Shown here one piece after another: positions 9,113-17,105 of a stretch of DNA of 64,000 nt. The DNA comes from Candidatus Peribacteria bacterium (GTDB lineage: Bacteria; Patescibacteriota; Gracilibacteria; Peribacterales; Peribacteraceae): positions 1,902 to 65,901 of the forward strand of contig JAHFJR010000002.1 in the NCBI GenBank assembly GCA_023245775.1, written 5' to 3'. A program made the position numbers and the translations under genes. The stretch's first letter is position 1. Each line of letters starts with the position of its first letter. The notes beneath the pieces were generated by a model. The model worked only from the letters and a program-made list of their open reading frames with translations, did no database searches and was not told where the DNA came from.

Positions 9113-12100
9113 GTGAAATCCTCCGACTTCGTCCATCTCCACTGTCACAGTACCTTCTCGCTCCTCGAGGCGGTGCCTTCCCCCGAAGAGATCATTCTCC
9201 GTGCCAAAGAACTTGGCCAGACTGCGGTGGCGCTTTCGGACAAGGGCTATACGTACGGCCTCATCGAGTTCTATAAAGCAGCGAAGGATCATGGCCTGAA
9301 GGCGATTCTCGGACTCGAGACCTACGTCGCCGCTCGCACGAGACATGACAAAGAGAGCTCCAGCGATACCCGTCGCTCTCCATTGGTCCTCCTCGCAGAG
9401 ACCGAAGAAGGGTACCACAACCTCCTCCAGCTCGCGACGAAAGCTGCGCTCGAGGGCATGTACTACAAGCCGCGTGTCGATACCGAACTTCTGAAACAGT
9501 ACGGCAAGGGGCTCATCGCCCTCACGGGGCCGTTGAGTGGTGCGATCCCGCAAGCGGCACTCGCCGGAGATGATCAGCGAGTGAAGATGCTCCTTGAGCA
9601 GTATCGATCTTTCTTTGGTTCTGAGAATGTCTACTTCGAGCTGAATGATCTACCGAATGTGCCAGGACAATCCGAAACCAATCAGCAACTCATCCGCTAT
9701 GCGAAAGAATTCTCGGTGCCGCTCGTGGCCACGTGCAACAGTCACTACTGCAGACCGGAAGACAGCGAAGCGCACGATGTCCTCCTGTGTATCCAGAAGA
9801 ACGCAAGCGTCACCGACACGAGTCGATTTTCGATGATGGGGAGCGATTTCTCGATGCGTCCGTTCGAGGAGATGGAGACAGCATTTGCCCACGTACCCGA
9901 GGCACTGGAGAATACGCGGGTCATCGCGGATCGGTGCAGCGTGAAGATTCCCTTCGGTCAGTACAAGATCCCCAGTTTCCCCGTGCAGGAAGGGCAAACG
10001 GAAGAGTCGCTCCTGAAGAGTCTGTGTGACACAGGTCTCGAGCGGCGGTATGGGGCGATCCTGAAAAAAAGCCCCGAGCGCACACAGGAAATTCAGTCTC
10101 GTCTTGCCTACGAACTCGAGGTCATCAAGAAAATGGGATTCTCTGGATACTTCCTCATCGTTGCTGACTTCATCTGCGAAGCGAAGAAGCGCGGCATCAC
10201 CGTCGGTCCAGGGCGCGGATCGGCAGCGGGATCCATCGTGAGTTACGTGCTCGATATCACCACACTTGATCCGCTAGAGCACGGTCTTCTCTTCGAGAGA
10301 TTCCTCAACCCCGAGCGTATCAGCATGCCGGATATCGATATCGACTTCGCTGACACACGTCGAGATGAAGTCCTCGAATACGTACGTGGGAAGTACGGTG
10401 CCGATCGCGTCATCCAGATCTGCACGTTCGGGACGCTCGCGGCACGCGCTGCCGTGAAAGATGTTGGCCGTGCATTCGGCGTGTCCTTCGCCGAGATGAA
10501 TGCGCTTGCAAAATTGATTCCAGATCGCCCCGGTACGACCCTCGAGGAGGCTCTCAGCACCGACGAACTGCAGCAGGAAATTGGTAGCAACGAGACCTAC
10601 CGCAAGATTCTGGAGATTGCACTGAAGCTCGAAGGCAAGGCGCGTCACGTGTCGGTCCATGCATGTGGTGTCGTCATCACACCCGAACCGGCAGTGCAGT
10701 ACACCGCGCTCCAGCGTGCGCCGAAGGATGAGAACACCATCATCACCCAGTACGACGCGAAGCCGCTCGAATCGCTCGGCCTTCTGAAGATGGACTTCCT
10801 CGGCCTCAAGAACCTGACGATCATCCAGACGGCTCTCCTCATCATCGAGCGTATGCACAGCGTGAAGATCGACATGGCAACGATCCCAACGAACGACAGA
10901 AAGACGTTCGAACTCCTCTCGCGCGGCGAAACGACGGGGGTGTTTCAACTCGAGTCCGCTGGGATGCGGCGGTATCTGAAGCAACTGAAGCCTACTGCCT
11001 TCGACGACATCACCGCCATGGTCTCGCTCTATCGGCCTGGTCCGATGGACAAGATCCCCGACTACATCAAGTGCAAGAATGGCCAGAAGGATGTCTCGTA
11101 CCTGCATCCCGATCTCGAGTCGATCCTGAAGCCGACGTACGGAGTGGGCATCTATCAGGAGCAGATTCTGGAGATGGCGCGCGTCTTTGCGGGTTTCTCC
11201 CTCGGGGAAGCCGACTTGCTGCGTCGGGCCATCGGCAAGAAGATCAAGAAGGAACTGAATGCACAACGTGAGAAATTCATCCGCGGAGCGGTCGCTCGTG
11301 GATACAAGGAGAAACTCGTGACGACGATGTTCGACGACGTCATCACACCGTTCGCGGGATACGGGTTCAACAAATCACACGGAGCGTGTTATGCGCGCAT
11401 CGCGTACGAAACAGCGTACCTGAAGGCGCACTATCCGACGGATTTCATGGCCGCACTCCTCAGTAGTGAGGACGGTGACACCGACCGCATCAGCATCGAG
11501 ATCGAAGAGGCGCGCGCGATGGGGATCGCGGTGCTGCCGCCGGATATCAACGAATCCCTCGCGCACTTCACGTCGCTCGAGGGCGGCAAGATCCGCTTCG
11601 GCCTCCTCGGCATCAAGGGAGTGGGCGAGAGTTCCATCCGTCAGATCCTGGCCATTCGCGACGGAGTAGATGGGAAACATCGGGCACCTTTTACGAGCAT
11701 CGAAGATCTCGCCATGCGCGTGCCGAGTAAACTGCTCAACAAGAAATTGCTGGAGTCTCTGGCGAAGTCAGGAGCCTTCGACTCACTCGGAGAACGAGCG
11801 ATGCTTGTCTCCCAGTATGACAAGATCGCCGACTGCAGCAAATCCACGTGTGACAGAGGCGCTTCGCAGGCCGATCTCTTCGAGTCTCTTGGGGGTGGCT
11901 CTGCGAATGCTTCCATCGCCTTCGATCCTACGGATCCCGCAAGTCCCCACCAGAAATTGATGTGGGAGAAGGAGACGCTGGGGCTCTATGTCAGCAGCCA
12001 TCCGCTTGCAGGACTCAGGAAGTACATCAGCAAGAAGGCGAGACTCATCGAGACACTCACGGGTGATGACATCAACAGGAAGGTGACGGTGGCTGGCATC

Positions 12101-12937
12101 AGAGAGCAGATGAAACTGATCCATACGAAGAAGGGGGACACGATGGCGATCATCACGATCGAAGATCCCACCGGTCGCATGGAGGTGACGCTGTTCCCGC
12201 GAGTCTATGCCCAGTTCAAAGATCTCCTCGAGAAGCCAGATTCCTTCCTCGTACTCGCAGGCATGCTCGATATGCGTATGGGGCAGCCACAGTTGAAAGC
12301 GGAGGCGATCAAACGTGTCTCCCTCGAGACGATGGTGCAGAAGGCCAAGCAGGAAGGCATGTTCCATGAAGAGGAGACGAAGAACTGGAGTAGTGCCGGC
12401 AGTCGTCGCCATGGAGAAGAGGAGATCCCAGCAACGGTAGAGACGGGCGCGGATGAAGAGATCGCTCCCACCATCGTTCCAAGGTCTCCTGTCATGGCAT
12501 CCCCCTCAGAGAGCCCTCTCGGCCCGCTCGCGGCGTGGATTCAGAGCGGCATGCAGACAGAAGAATCCCTGAAGAAGGTCGGGCTGGAAGGATATGTAGT
12601 GAAAGACGGAAAGTTGAAAGTGCCTGCCTGCCGGACAGGCAGGGAAAGTGAGGATGGAACTGTCAACCTTCCACTGTCCCCGTCCGACCGCATCCGGGCG
12701 GGCACTGTCCACAAGCAGTTTTCCATTTCCATCCACACCATCACACTCCCATCCCGCGCACCGAAACAACTCCTCCTCGATGTGAAGTCGATCTTCGAGA
12801 CATTCCCCGGCTCCGAGAAGGTGCAGCTGAAGATCGGAGAGAAAGATGTGCCGGTGGGACTCACGATCACCATGTCTCCCTTGCTTGAAAAACGCATCGA
12901 AGAGGCGGTGAAGAAGTACGGAGAAGTGGAGAGTTGA
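9113..12937 (+). CDS. dnaE: DNA polymerase III alpha subunit (1274 aa)
   Basis: PHP-domain N-terminus FVHLHCHSTFSLLEA. Conserved pol III alpha blocks (GPGRGSAAGS, PDIDIDF, LKMDFLGL, GYGFNKSH). OB fold near the C-terminus. GTG start 14 nt after the upstream stop. Confidence 0.95.
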   Translation: MKSSDFVHLHCHSTFSLLEAVPSPEEIILRAKELGQTAVALSDKGYTYGLIEFYKAAKDHGLKAILGLETYVAARTRHDKESSSDTRRSPLVLLAETEEGYHNLLQLATKAALEGMYYKPRVDTELLKQYGKGLIALTGPLSGAIPQAALAGDDQRVKMLLEQYRSFFGSENVYFELNDLPNVPGQSETNQQLIRYAKEFSVPLVATCNSHYCRPEDSEAHDVLLCIQKNASVTDTSRFSMMGSDFSMRPFEEMETAFAHVPEALENTRVIADRCSVKIPFGQYKIPSFPVQEGQTEESLLKSLCDTGLERRYGAILKKSPERTQEIQSRLAYELEVIKKMGFSGYFLIVADFICEAKKRGITVGPGRGSAAGSIVSYVLDITTLDPLEHGLLFERFLNPERISMPDIDIDFADTRRDEVLEYVRGKYGADRVIQICTFGTLAARAAVKDVGRAFGVSFAEMNALAKLIPDRPGTTLEEALSTDELQQEIGSNETYRKILEIALKLEGKARHVSVHACGVVITPEPAVQYTALQRAPKDENTIITQYDAKPLESLGLLKMDFLGLKNLTIIQTALLIIERMHSVKIDMATIPTNDRKTFELLSRGETTGVFQLESAGMRRYLKQLKPTAFDDITAMVSLYRPGPMDKIPDYIKCKNGQKDVSYLHPDLESILKPTYGVGIYQEQILEMARVFAGFSLGEADLLRRAIGKKIKKELNAQREKFIRGAVARGYKEKLVTTMFDDVITPFAGYGFNKSHGACYARIAYETAYLKAHYPTDFMAALLSSEDGDTDRISIEIEEARAMGIAVLPPDINESLAHFTSLEGGKIRFGLLGIKGVGESSIRQILAIRDGVDGKHRAPFTSIEDLAMRVPSKLLNKKLLESLAKSGAFDSLGERAMLVSQYDKIADCSKSTCDRGASQADLFESLGGGSANASIAFDPTDPASPHQKLMWEKETLGLYVSSHPLAGLRKYISKKARLIETLTGDDINRKVTVAGIREQMKLIHTKKGDTMAIITIEDPTGRMEVTLFPRVYAQFKDLLEKPDSFLVLAGMLDMRMGQPQLKAEAIKRVSLETMVQKAKQEGMFHEEETKNWSSAGSRRHGEEEIPATVETGADEEIAPTIVPRSPVMASPSESPLGPLAAWIQSGMQTEESLKKVGLEGYVVKDGKLKVPACRTGRESEDGTVNLPLSPSDRIRAGTVHKQFSISIHTITLPSRAPKQLLLDVKSIFETFPGSEKVQLKIGEKDVPVGLTITMSPLLEKRIEEAVKKYGEVES
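12623..12703 (+). repeat. palindromic repeat modules embedded in frame in the dnaE 3' region
   Basis: cctgcctgccggacaggcaggg (12623-12644) is followed by a ccttccact motif. The 27-nt string tccccgtccgaccgcatccgggcgggc (12677-12703) recurs identically at 13394-13420. Confidence 0.8.
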
Positions 12938-12993
12938 GTTCTGCAGCGCGCCCAGAAAGGGCGCTCCAAAATACAGTGATAGAGAGATAAAAT

Positions 12994-13016
12994 GGAGCGG
13001 GCATTCTTGCCCGCGT
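12994..13016. terminator. GC hairpin (gcgggc-attctt-gcccgc) with flanking T/A runs; likely dnaE terminator
   Basis: The 23-nt string ggagcgggcattcttgcccgcgt is identical to 48072-48094. It is followed by cgttcgattttt on the plus strand. Confidence 0.45.
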
Positions 13017-13041
13017 CGTTCGATTTTTCCTTTTCTTCGTT

Positions 13042-13047
13042 CATACT
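13042..13047 (+). promoter_or_regulatory. -10-like hexamer CATACT, 6 nt upstream of the tsaC ATG
   Basis: Part of the recurrent TAnnnT-N6/7-ATG arrangement. No Shine-Dalgarno motif. Confidence 0.4.
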
Positions 13048-13053
13048 GCAGTC

Positions 13054-13755
13054 ATGCACATTCTCCCCGAATCTCCGGAAGCCATTGATGCTGCTCTGAC
13101 CGTCCTGCAGTCGGGCGGCATCGTCATCCATGCGACGGAAACCTGCTACGGCATTGCGTGTGACCTTACGAATCCAAAAGCCGTTGAGAAATTATTCAGG
13201 GTGAAGAAACGACCACCCGATCAGCCCGTCAGCGCGTTATTCCCATCGATGTCCAAGGCTGAGGAGTATGTCGACTTCTCTCCGCGAGCCCTAGAGTTAG
13301 CCAAAAAGTATCTGCCGGGTCCACTGACGATCGTGCTTCCAAGCAAAGCAGATTCCCCCAACCTCTTCGTCATGCCCTCTCCCCCTGCCCCTCTCCCCGT
13401 CCGACCGCATCCGGGCGGGCCGTTCCGGGAGAGGGGTGACTCGTTCCCCTCTCCCCGAAGGGGGGAGGAGTTAGGGGTGGGGGCGACGATCGGCATTCGC
13501 ATTTCCTCCTTCCCTCTCGCGCAGATTCTGGCTTCGCGTTTTGGAAAACCGATGGCGACGACCTCAGCCAATCTTCATGGGCTGCCGAATCCTTACAGTG
13601 TTGCCGATATCCAGTTGCAGTTAGCAGACCAACAGCATCTTCCGGATCTCTTCATCGATAGCGGATCGCTCCCGATCGCTCCTCCATCGACCGTGATCGA
13701 AGTCATCGGTCAAGAGCTTAGAGTCCTGCGAAAAGGGGAAATTGCTATATATTAG
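13054..13755 (+). CDS. tsaC: L-threonylcarbamoyladenylate synthase, Sua5/YrdC/YwlC family (233 aa) with an internal repeat-derived insertion
   Basis: IHATETCYGIACD, KKRPPDQPVS, LPGPLTIVL and TSANLHG are YrdC-domain motifs. Confidence 0.85.
   Translation: MHILPESPEAIDAALTVLQSGGIVIHATETCYGIACDLTNPKAVEKLFRVKKRPPDQPVSALFPSMSKAEEYVDFSPRALELAKKYLPGPLTIVLPSKADSPNLFVMPSPPAPLPVRPHPGGPFRERGDSFPSPRRGEELGVGATIGIRISSFPLAQILASRFGKPMATTSANLHGLPNPYSVADIQLQLADQQHLPDLFIDSGSLPIAPPSTVIEVIGQELRVLRKGEIAIY
13373..13485 (+). repeat. composite palindromic repeat insertion in frame inside tsaC (about 37 codons)
   Basis: It lies between LPGPLTIVL... and ...IGIRISSFP and encodes PSPPAPLPVRPHPGGPFRERGDSFPSPRRGEELGVG. 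It contains the 27-nt string shared with dnaE and the hairpin cccctctcccc-gaa-ggggggagg followed by ttaggggtgg. Confidence 0.8.
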
Positions 13756-13770
13756 AAATAATGTTATAAT
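13742..13770 (+). promoter_or_regulatory. sigma70-type promoter TTGCTA-17-(TGt)TATAAT, 7 nt upstream of ATG 13778
   Basis: -35 at 13742-13747, extended -10 TGt at 13762-13764, TATAAT at 13765-13770. It overlaps the tsaC stop. Confidence 0.6.
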
Positions 13771-13777
13771 AGTAAAT

Positions 13778-14656
13778 ATGATGTCATATGAAGGGAATCT
13801 GGCTCGTCAGGAGGCTGCAGATAAGGCGGCACAGGAGATTGCCGGTTCTTTCCACGCCATTGAACCTATCCGTGAGGAGACGGGAGGCGAGATCTTCGCC
13901 CTGATGAGTGACAACAGGGATCAGCAGGCAATCATAGAAAAAGCGACCGCACTGAGAGTTCTGTTTAAGAGCCTGTCGTATGGCGATTACTGTATCCTGG
14001 AGAGTGCTCTTCAACGTGCCGATAAACATACTGATTTCTCTCTGGAGAGAGCCGATGGAACTCCGGCCCTTCAGCAAATCTATGATCTCCTAGGAGATCT
14101 CCAATCCAACGTACGTTCGGAAAGGTTTCTGAATGACGCACTCCTTCTCCTCCGCATATCGTTCCCGCTTGGCAAGAATGTCGTGAATGCATCGATGCAA
14201 GAGGACCCGCAACATCCCCTCAGTCTGGATGCTGGGAGACCTTGCAGTGTACAACATGCGACCATGAACGTGCAGCTTTCTCCGGAAGGCGATGACACCA
14301 CACGCATTACCGTTTCTTCGGAATCTCCCGATACGCGTTCCTGTCTTCTCTCCGAAGGGCAGACGATCATTCTCGGGCGCAAACTCGTGATGAATAGCTG
14401 TTTTGGTGTCAACATGGGCGACGGAATAACCATGCTGGTCTCGTTGCCCGTATCGGACAAGTTCGTATCGCGTGGCGCGGTGCTGATCGGTCGTCACCAC
14501 GGGAGGATCTTCATCTTCGATCGTGGCGCGCGTAACAGTATCAGCGCAACACAGCAGGACCTCAGAGTCGAGTATGACCCGAATGCCGAGAACCCGAATG
14601 GCAGTCTCGGTCAGAGCATCGTCAGCTACGGGTCAGATGCGGCATTTGGTGTATGA
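13778..14656 (+). CDS. hypothetical protein (292 aa) with a possible C-terminal FHA-like domain
   Basis: ORF with an AT-rich canonical promoter. The C-terminal pattern ILGRK...VSRGAVLIGRHHGRIFIFDRGARNSI resembles the FHA GR...SR...D.G..N signature. Confidence 0.55.
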   Translation: MMSYEGNLARQEAADKAAQEIAGSFHAIEPIREETGGEIFALMSDNRDQQAIIEKATALRVLFKSLSYGDYCILESALQRADKHTDFSLERADGTPALQQIYDLLGDLQSNVRSERFLNDALLLLRISFPLGKNVVNASMQEDPQHPLSLDAGRPCSVQHATMNVQLSPEGDDTTRITVSSESPDTRSCLLSEGQTIILGRKLVMNSCFGVNMGDGITMLVSLPVSDKFVSRGAVLIGRHHGRIFIFDRGARNSISATQQDLRVEYDPNAENPNGSLGQSIVSYGSDAAFGV

Positions 14657-14669
14657 TTCGCCCAATCTC

Positions 14670-15116
14670 ATGCGCTGCCCCCGCTGCAAATCCGAAGACA
14701 CCGCCGTGATCGACTCCCGTCTTGCAGAAGACGGGCGCGCCATCAGACGTCGGCGCGAGTGTGGCAAGTGTGAGCATCGTTTCACGACGTTCGAGCGTCA
14801 GGAATTGGCGTCACTCATTGTTGTCAAGCGGGACGGCACGCGTGAGCCCTACAGCCGCACCAAGTTGGAGCGCGGCATCTGGATCGCCTGCACGAAGCGG
14901 CCGGTGTCCCAGAAGGACATCGACAAGATGCTCAGTGATCTCGAGGAGAAATGGGGCAAGAATAAAGAAGAAGTGGAAAGTTCCACAATCGGAAGCGACG
15001 TGATGAATGCACTCGCGAAGCTCGACAAGGTGGCCTACATCCGCTTCGCCTCGGTGCATCGCGAATTCAAGGATGTCGCCGAGTTCAAGGAGGAGCTTGG
15101 GAGATTGTTTAAGTAG
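14670..15116 (+). CDS. nrdR: transcriptional repressor NrdR (148 aa)
   Basis: MRCPRCKSEDTAVIDSR...RRRRECGKCEHRFTTFE zinc ribbon followed by an ATP-cone. Confidence 0.9.
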   Translation: MRCPRCKSEDTAVIDSRLAEDGRAIRRRRECGKCEHRFTTFERQELASLIVVKRDGTREPYSRTKLERGIWIACTKRPVSQKDIDKMLSDLEEKWGKNKEEVESSTIGSDVMNALAKLDKVAYIRFASVHREFKDVAEFKEELGRLFK

Positions 15117-15119
15117 AGC

Positions 15120-15257
15120 AGCCCTCACTCCGGCGCTGATGCGCCACCTCTCTCCATAAAAATGGAGAGAGGATGTCTAGGAATGAACTCGTATTGTTAT
15201 GGAACGCGGGCCCCCTCCTCTCCATTTTTATGGAGAGGAGGTTGGGAGGTGAGGGCT
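15120..15257. mobile_element. MITE-like palindromic element, copy 1 (138 bp)
   Basis: Terminal inverted repeats agccctcactcc / ggaggtgagggct. Internal hairpins ctctccataaaaatggagag and ctctccatttttatggagag. A near-identical copy is at 42525-42649. Confidence 0.8.
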
Positions 15258-15309
15258 GTACCAGAAATTTTCTGTCAACTTCTGTTCTTTCTTCCGCTAT
15301 CCTCCTCCC

Positions 15310-17073
15310 ATGCTCCGTACCCATACTTGCGGCGAACTCACGGCAGAACACGTTGGCAAAGAGGCGACGGTCTGTGGCTGGGTGAATACACGCAGAGACC
15401 ACGGCGGGCTCATTTTCCTCGATGTGCGCGATCGCTACGGGCTCACGCAGGTCGTGTTCCATCCCGAGACGGACGAGACAGTCTTCGCCCTCGCTGAATC
15501 CGTGCGACCCGAGTGGGTTCTTCAGTTGAGCGGTATCGTCTCCAAGCGTCTCAAGGGAACGGAGAACCTCAGGATGCCGACCGGGGAGATCGAGCTGGTC
15601 GTCTCGAAACTCGAAGTGCTGAGTCGAGCGAAGACCCCTCCGTTTGAGATTGATTCGCAGAAGCCTGTCAACGAAGAATTGCGTTTGCAATATCGTTATC
15701 TGGACCTTCGGAGGGCTCAGATGCAACGAAATATTACATTGCGTTCTCGGGTGTTCCAGATCATCAGGAAATATTTCACGGAGCAGAACTGTCTCGAGAT
15801 CGACACCCCGTGCCTCATCAAGGGTACGCCGGAAGGTGCTCGCGAATACATCGTCCCGTCGCGCGTGTATCCCGGCACGTTCTTCGTTCTCCCGCAGAGT
15901 CCCCAGCAACTCAAGCAACTCTGCATGGTCGGCGGGCTGGATAGGTACTTCCAGATCGCACGCTGTTTCCGCGACGAAGACCTGCGTGGTGATCGGCAGC
16001 CCGAGTTCCTCCAGCTCGACTTCGAGATGAGTTTCTGTGAGCAGGCGGATGTGCAGAAGATCGTGCAGGGGTCGATCGAGCAGATCATCGCTCAGTGCAG
16101 CAGCAAGAAACTGAAGTGGGGAAAAGTCGGCAGCTTCACATGGCAATTCGTGACGGATACGTACGGTTCCGATAAGCCCGATCTGCGGTACGATCTGCCG
16201 ATCGTCGATGTCTCGGAGATCGCGGCAGGTTGCGGTTTCAAGGTGTTCGAGGAAGCACTGAAACTCAAGAATGGGGTCGTCAGGGCTCTTCGCGTTCCGG
16301 GAGGAGCCGTGCTTGCTCGCAGCGAGATCGACACGTGGACGGAGCTTGCGAAGGAGCTCAAGGCTAGGGGACTTGCCTACATTCTCTTCAAGGAAGATGG
16401 ACCCCAGTCCCCGCTTCTCAAATTCTTCAAGGACGGGTTCCTAGGTCAGCTCATCCAGAGAACCGGAGCGAAGACGGGTGATGCACTGTTCTTCGGCGCC
16501 GATACGGTGAAGATTGTCTGCGCCGCCCTCGGTCGGATTCGAAGCGAGTCCGCAAAGCGATTCACTCTCATCGACGAGAAGACGCACGCACTCTTCTGGG
16601 TGACGGACTTCCCGATGTTCGAAGAGAACGATGACGGTTCGCTCACGTTCTCACATCACCCGTTCACCAGTCCGAACGTCGATGAGTGGAAGCATCGGAA
16701 GGAGGAACCCCTCAAGGTGCACTCCGTCTGTTACGACCTCGTGCTCGATGGGTACGAACTCGGTTCCGGTTCCATCCGTATCCACGATCCTGTGCTGCAG
16801 TCTCAGGTCTTCGACATGCTCGGCATTTCCCCAGAAGATCAGCAGAAACGCTTCGGCCATATGCTGAATGCATTCGAGTACGGCGCGCCTCCCCACGGCG
16901 GCTTTGCGTATGGCATCGATCGCGTCGTGATGATCCTCGCTGGTGAGCCGAACATTCGCGAAGTGACGCCGTTTCCAAAGGACCAGAAGGCAAAAGATCT
17001 GATGCTCGGAGCTCCGGCTCCCGTGCCTGCAGAGCAGTTGAAAGAACTACAGCTTTCCCTCGATCAGGAGTAG
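15310..17073 (+). CDS. aspS: aspartate--tRNA ligase (587 aa)
   Basis: MLRTHTCGEL..., class II aaRS motifs (FRDEDLRGDRQPEF, GGFAYGIDR), OB-fold N-domain. Confidence 0.95.
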   Translation: MLRTHTCGELTAEHVGKEATVCGWVNTRRDHGGLIFLDVRDRYGLTQVVFHPETDETVFALAESVRPEWVLQLSGIVSKRLKGTENLRMPTGEIELVVSKLEVLSRAKTPPFEIDSQKPVNEELRLQYRYLDLRRAQMQRNITLRSRVFQIIRKYFTEQNCLEIDTPCLIKGTPEGAREYIVPSRVYPGTFFVLPQSPQQLKQLCMVGGLDRYFQIARCFRDEDLRGDRQPEFLQLDFEMSFCEQADVQKIVQGSIEQIIAQCSSKKLKWGKVGSFTWQFVTDTYGSDKPDLRYDLPIVDVSEIAAGCGFKVFEEALKLKNGVVRALRVPGGAVLARSEIDTWTELAKELKARGLAYILFKEDGPQSPLLKFFKDGFLGQLIQRTGAKTGDALFFGADTVKIVCAALGRIRSESAKRFTLIDEKTHALFWVTDFPMFEENDDGSLTFSHHPFTSPNVDEWKHRKEEPLKVHSVCYDLVLDGYELGSGSIRIHDPVLQSQVFDMLGISPEDQQKRFGHMLNAFEYGAPPHGGFAYGIDRVVMILAGEPNIREVTPFPKDQKAKDLMLGAPAPVPAEQLKELQLSLDQE

Positions 17074-17090
17074 GGAAAATGGCAAGGGTA

Positions 17091-17099
17091 TGCTATACT
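17091..17099 (+). promoter_or_regulatory. extended -10 TGcTATACT, 6 nt upstream of ATG 17106
   Basis: TG at 17091-17092, TATACT at 17094-17099. Confidence 0.4.
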
Positions 17100-17105
17100 A
17101 CGAGG

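Noticed and set aside
10274-11266. 330-aa ORF on the minus strand, plus many 60-200-aa ORFs inside 9113-12937
   Set aside because: They are antisense to, or out of frame with, dnaE. They show no independent signals.
9113-12937. Intein or split architecture in the unusually long DnaE
   Set aside because: Conserved pol III alpha blocks are contiguous, and I saw no Cys/Ser...HN-Cys intein boundary or homing-endonuclease motifs. The extra length lies in the C-terminal region and is partly explained by repeat modules.
15109-16146. 345-aa ORF on the minus strand
   Set aside because: It is entirely antisense to aspS, whose product carries unmistakable class II aaRS motifs. This is a typical shadow ORF in GC-rich coding DNA.
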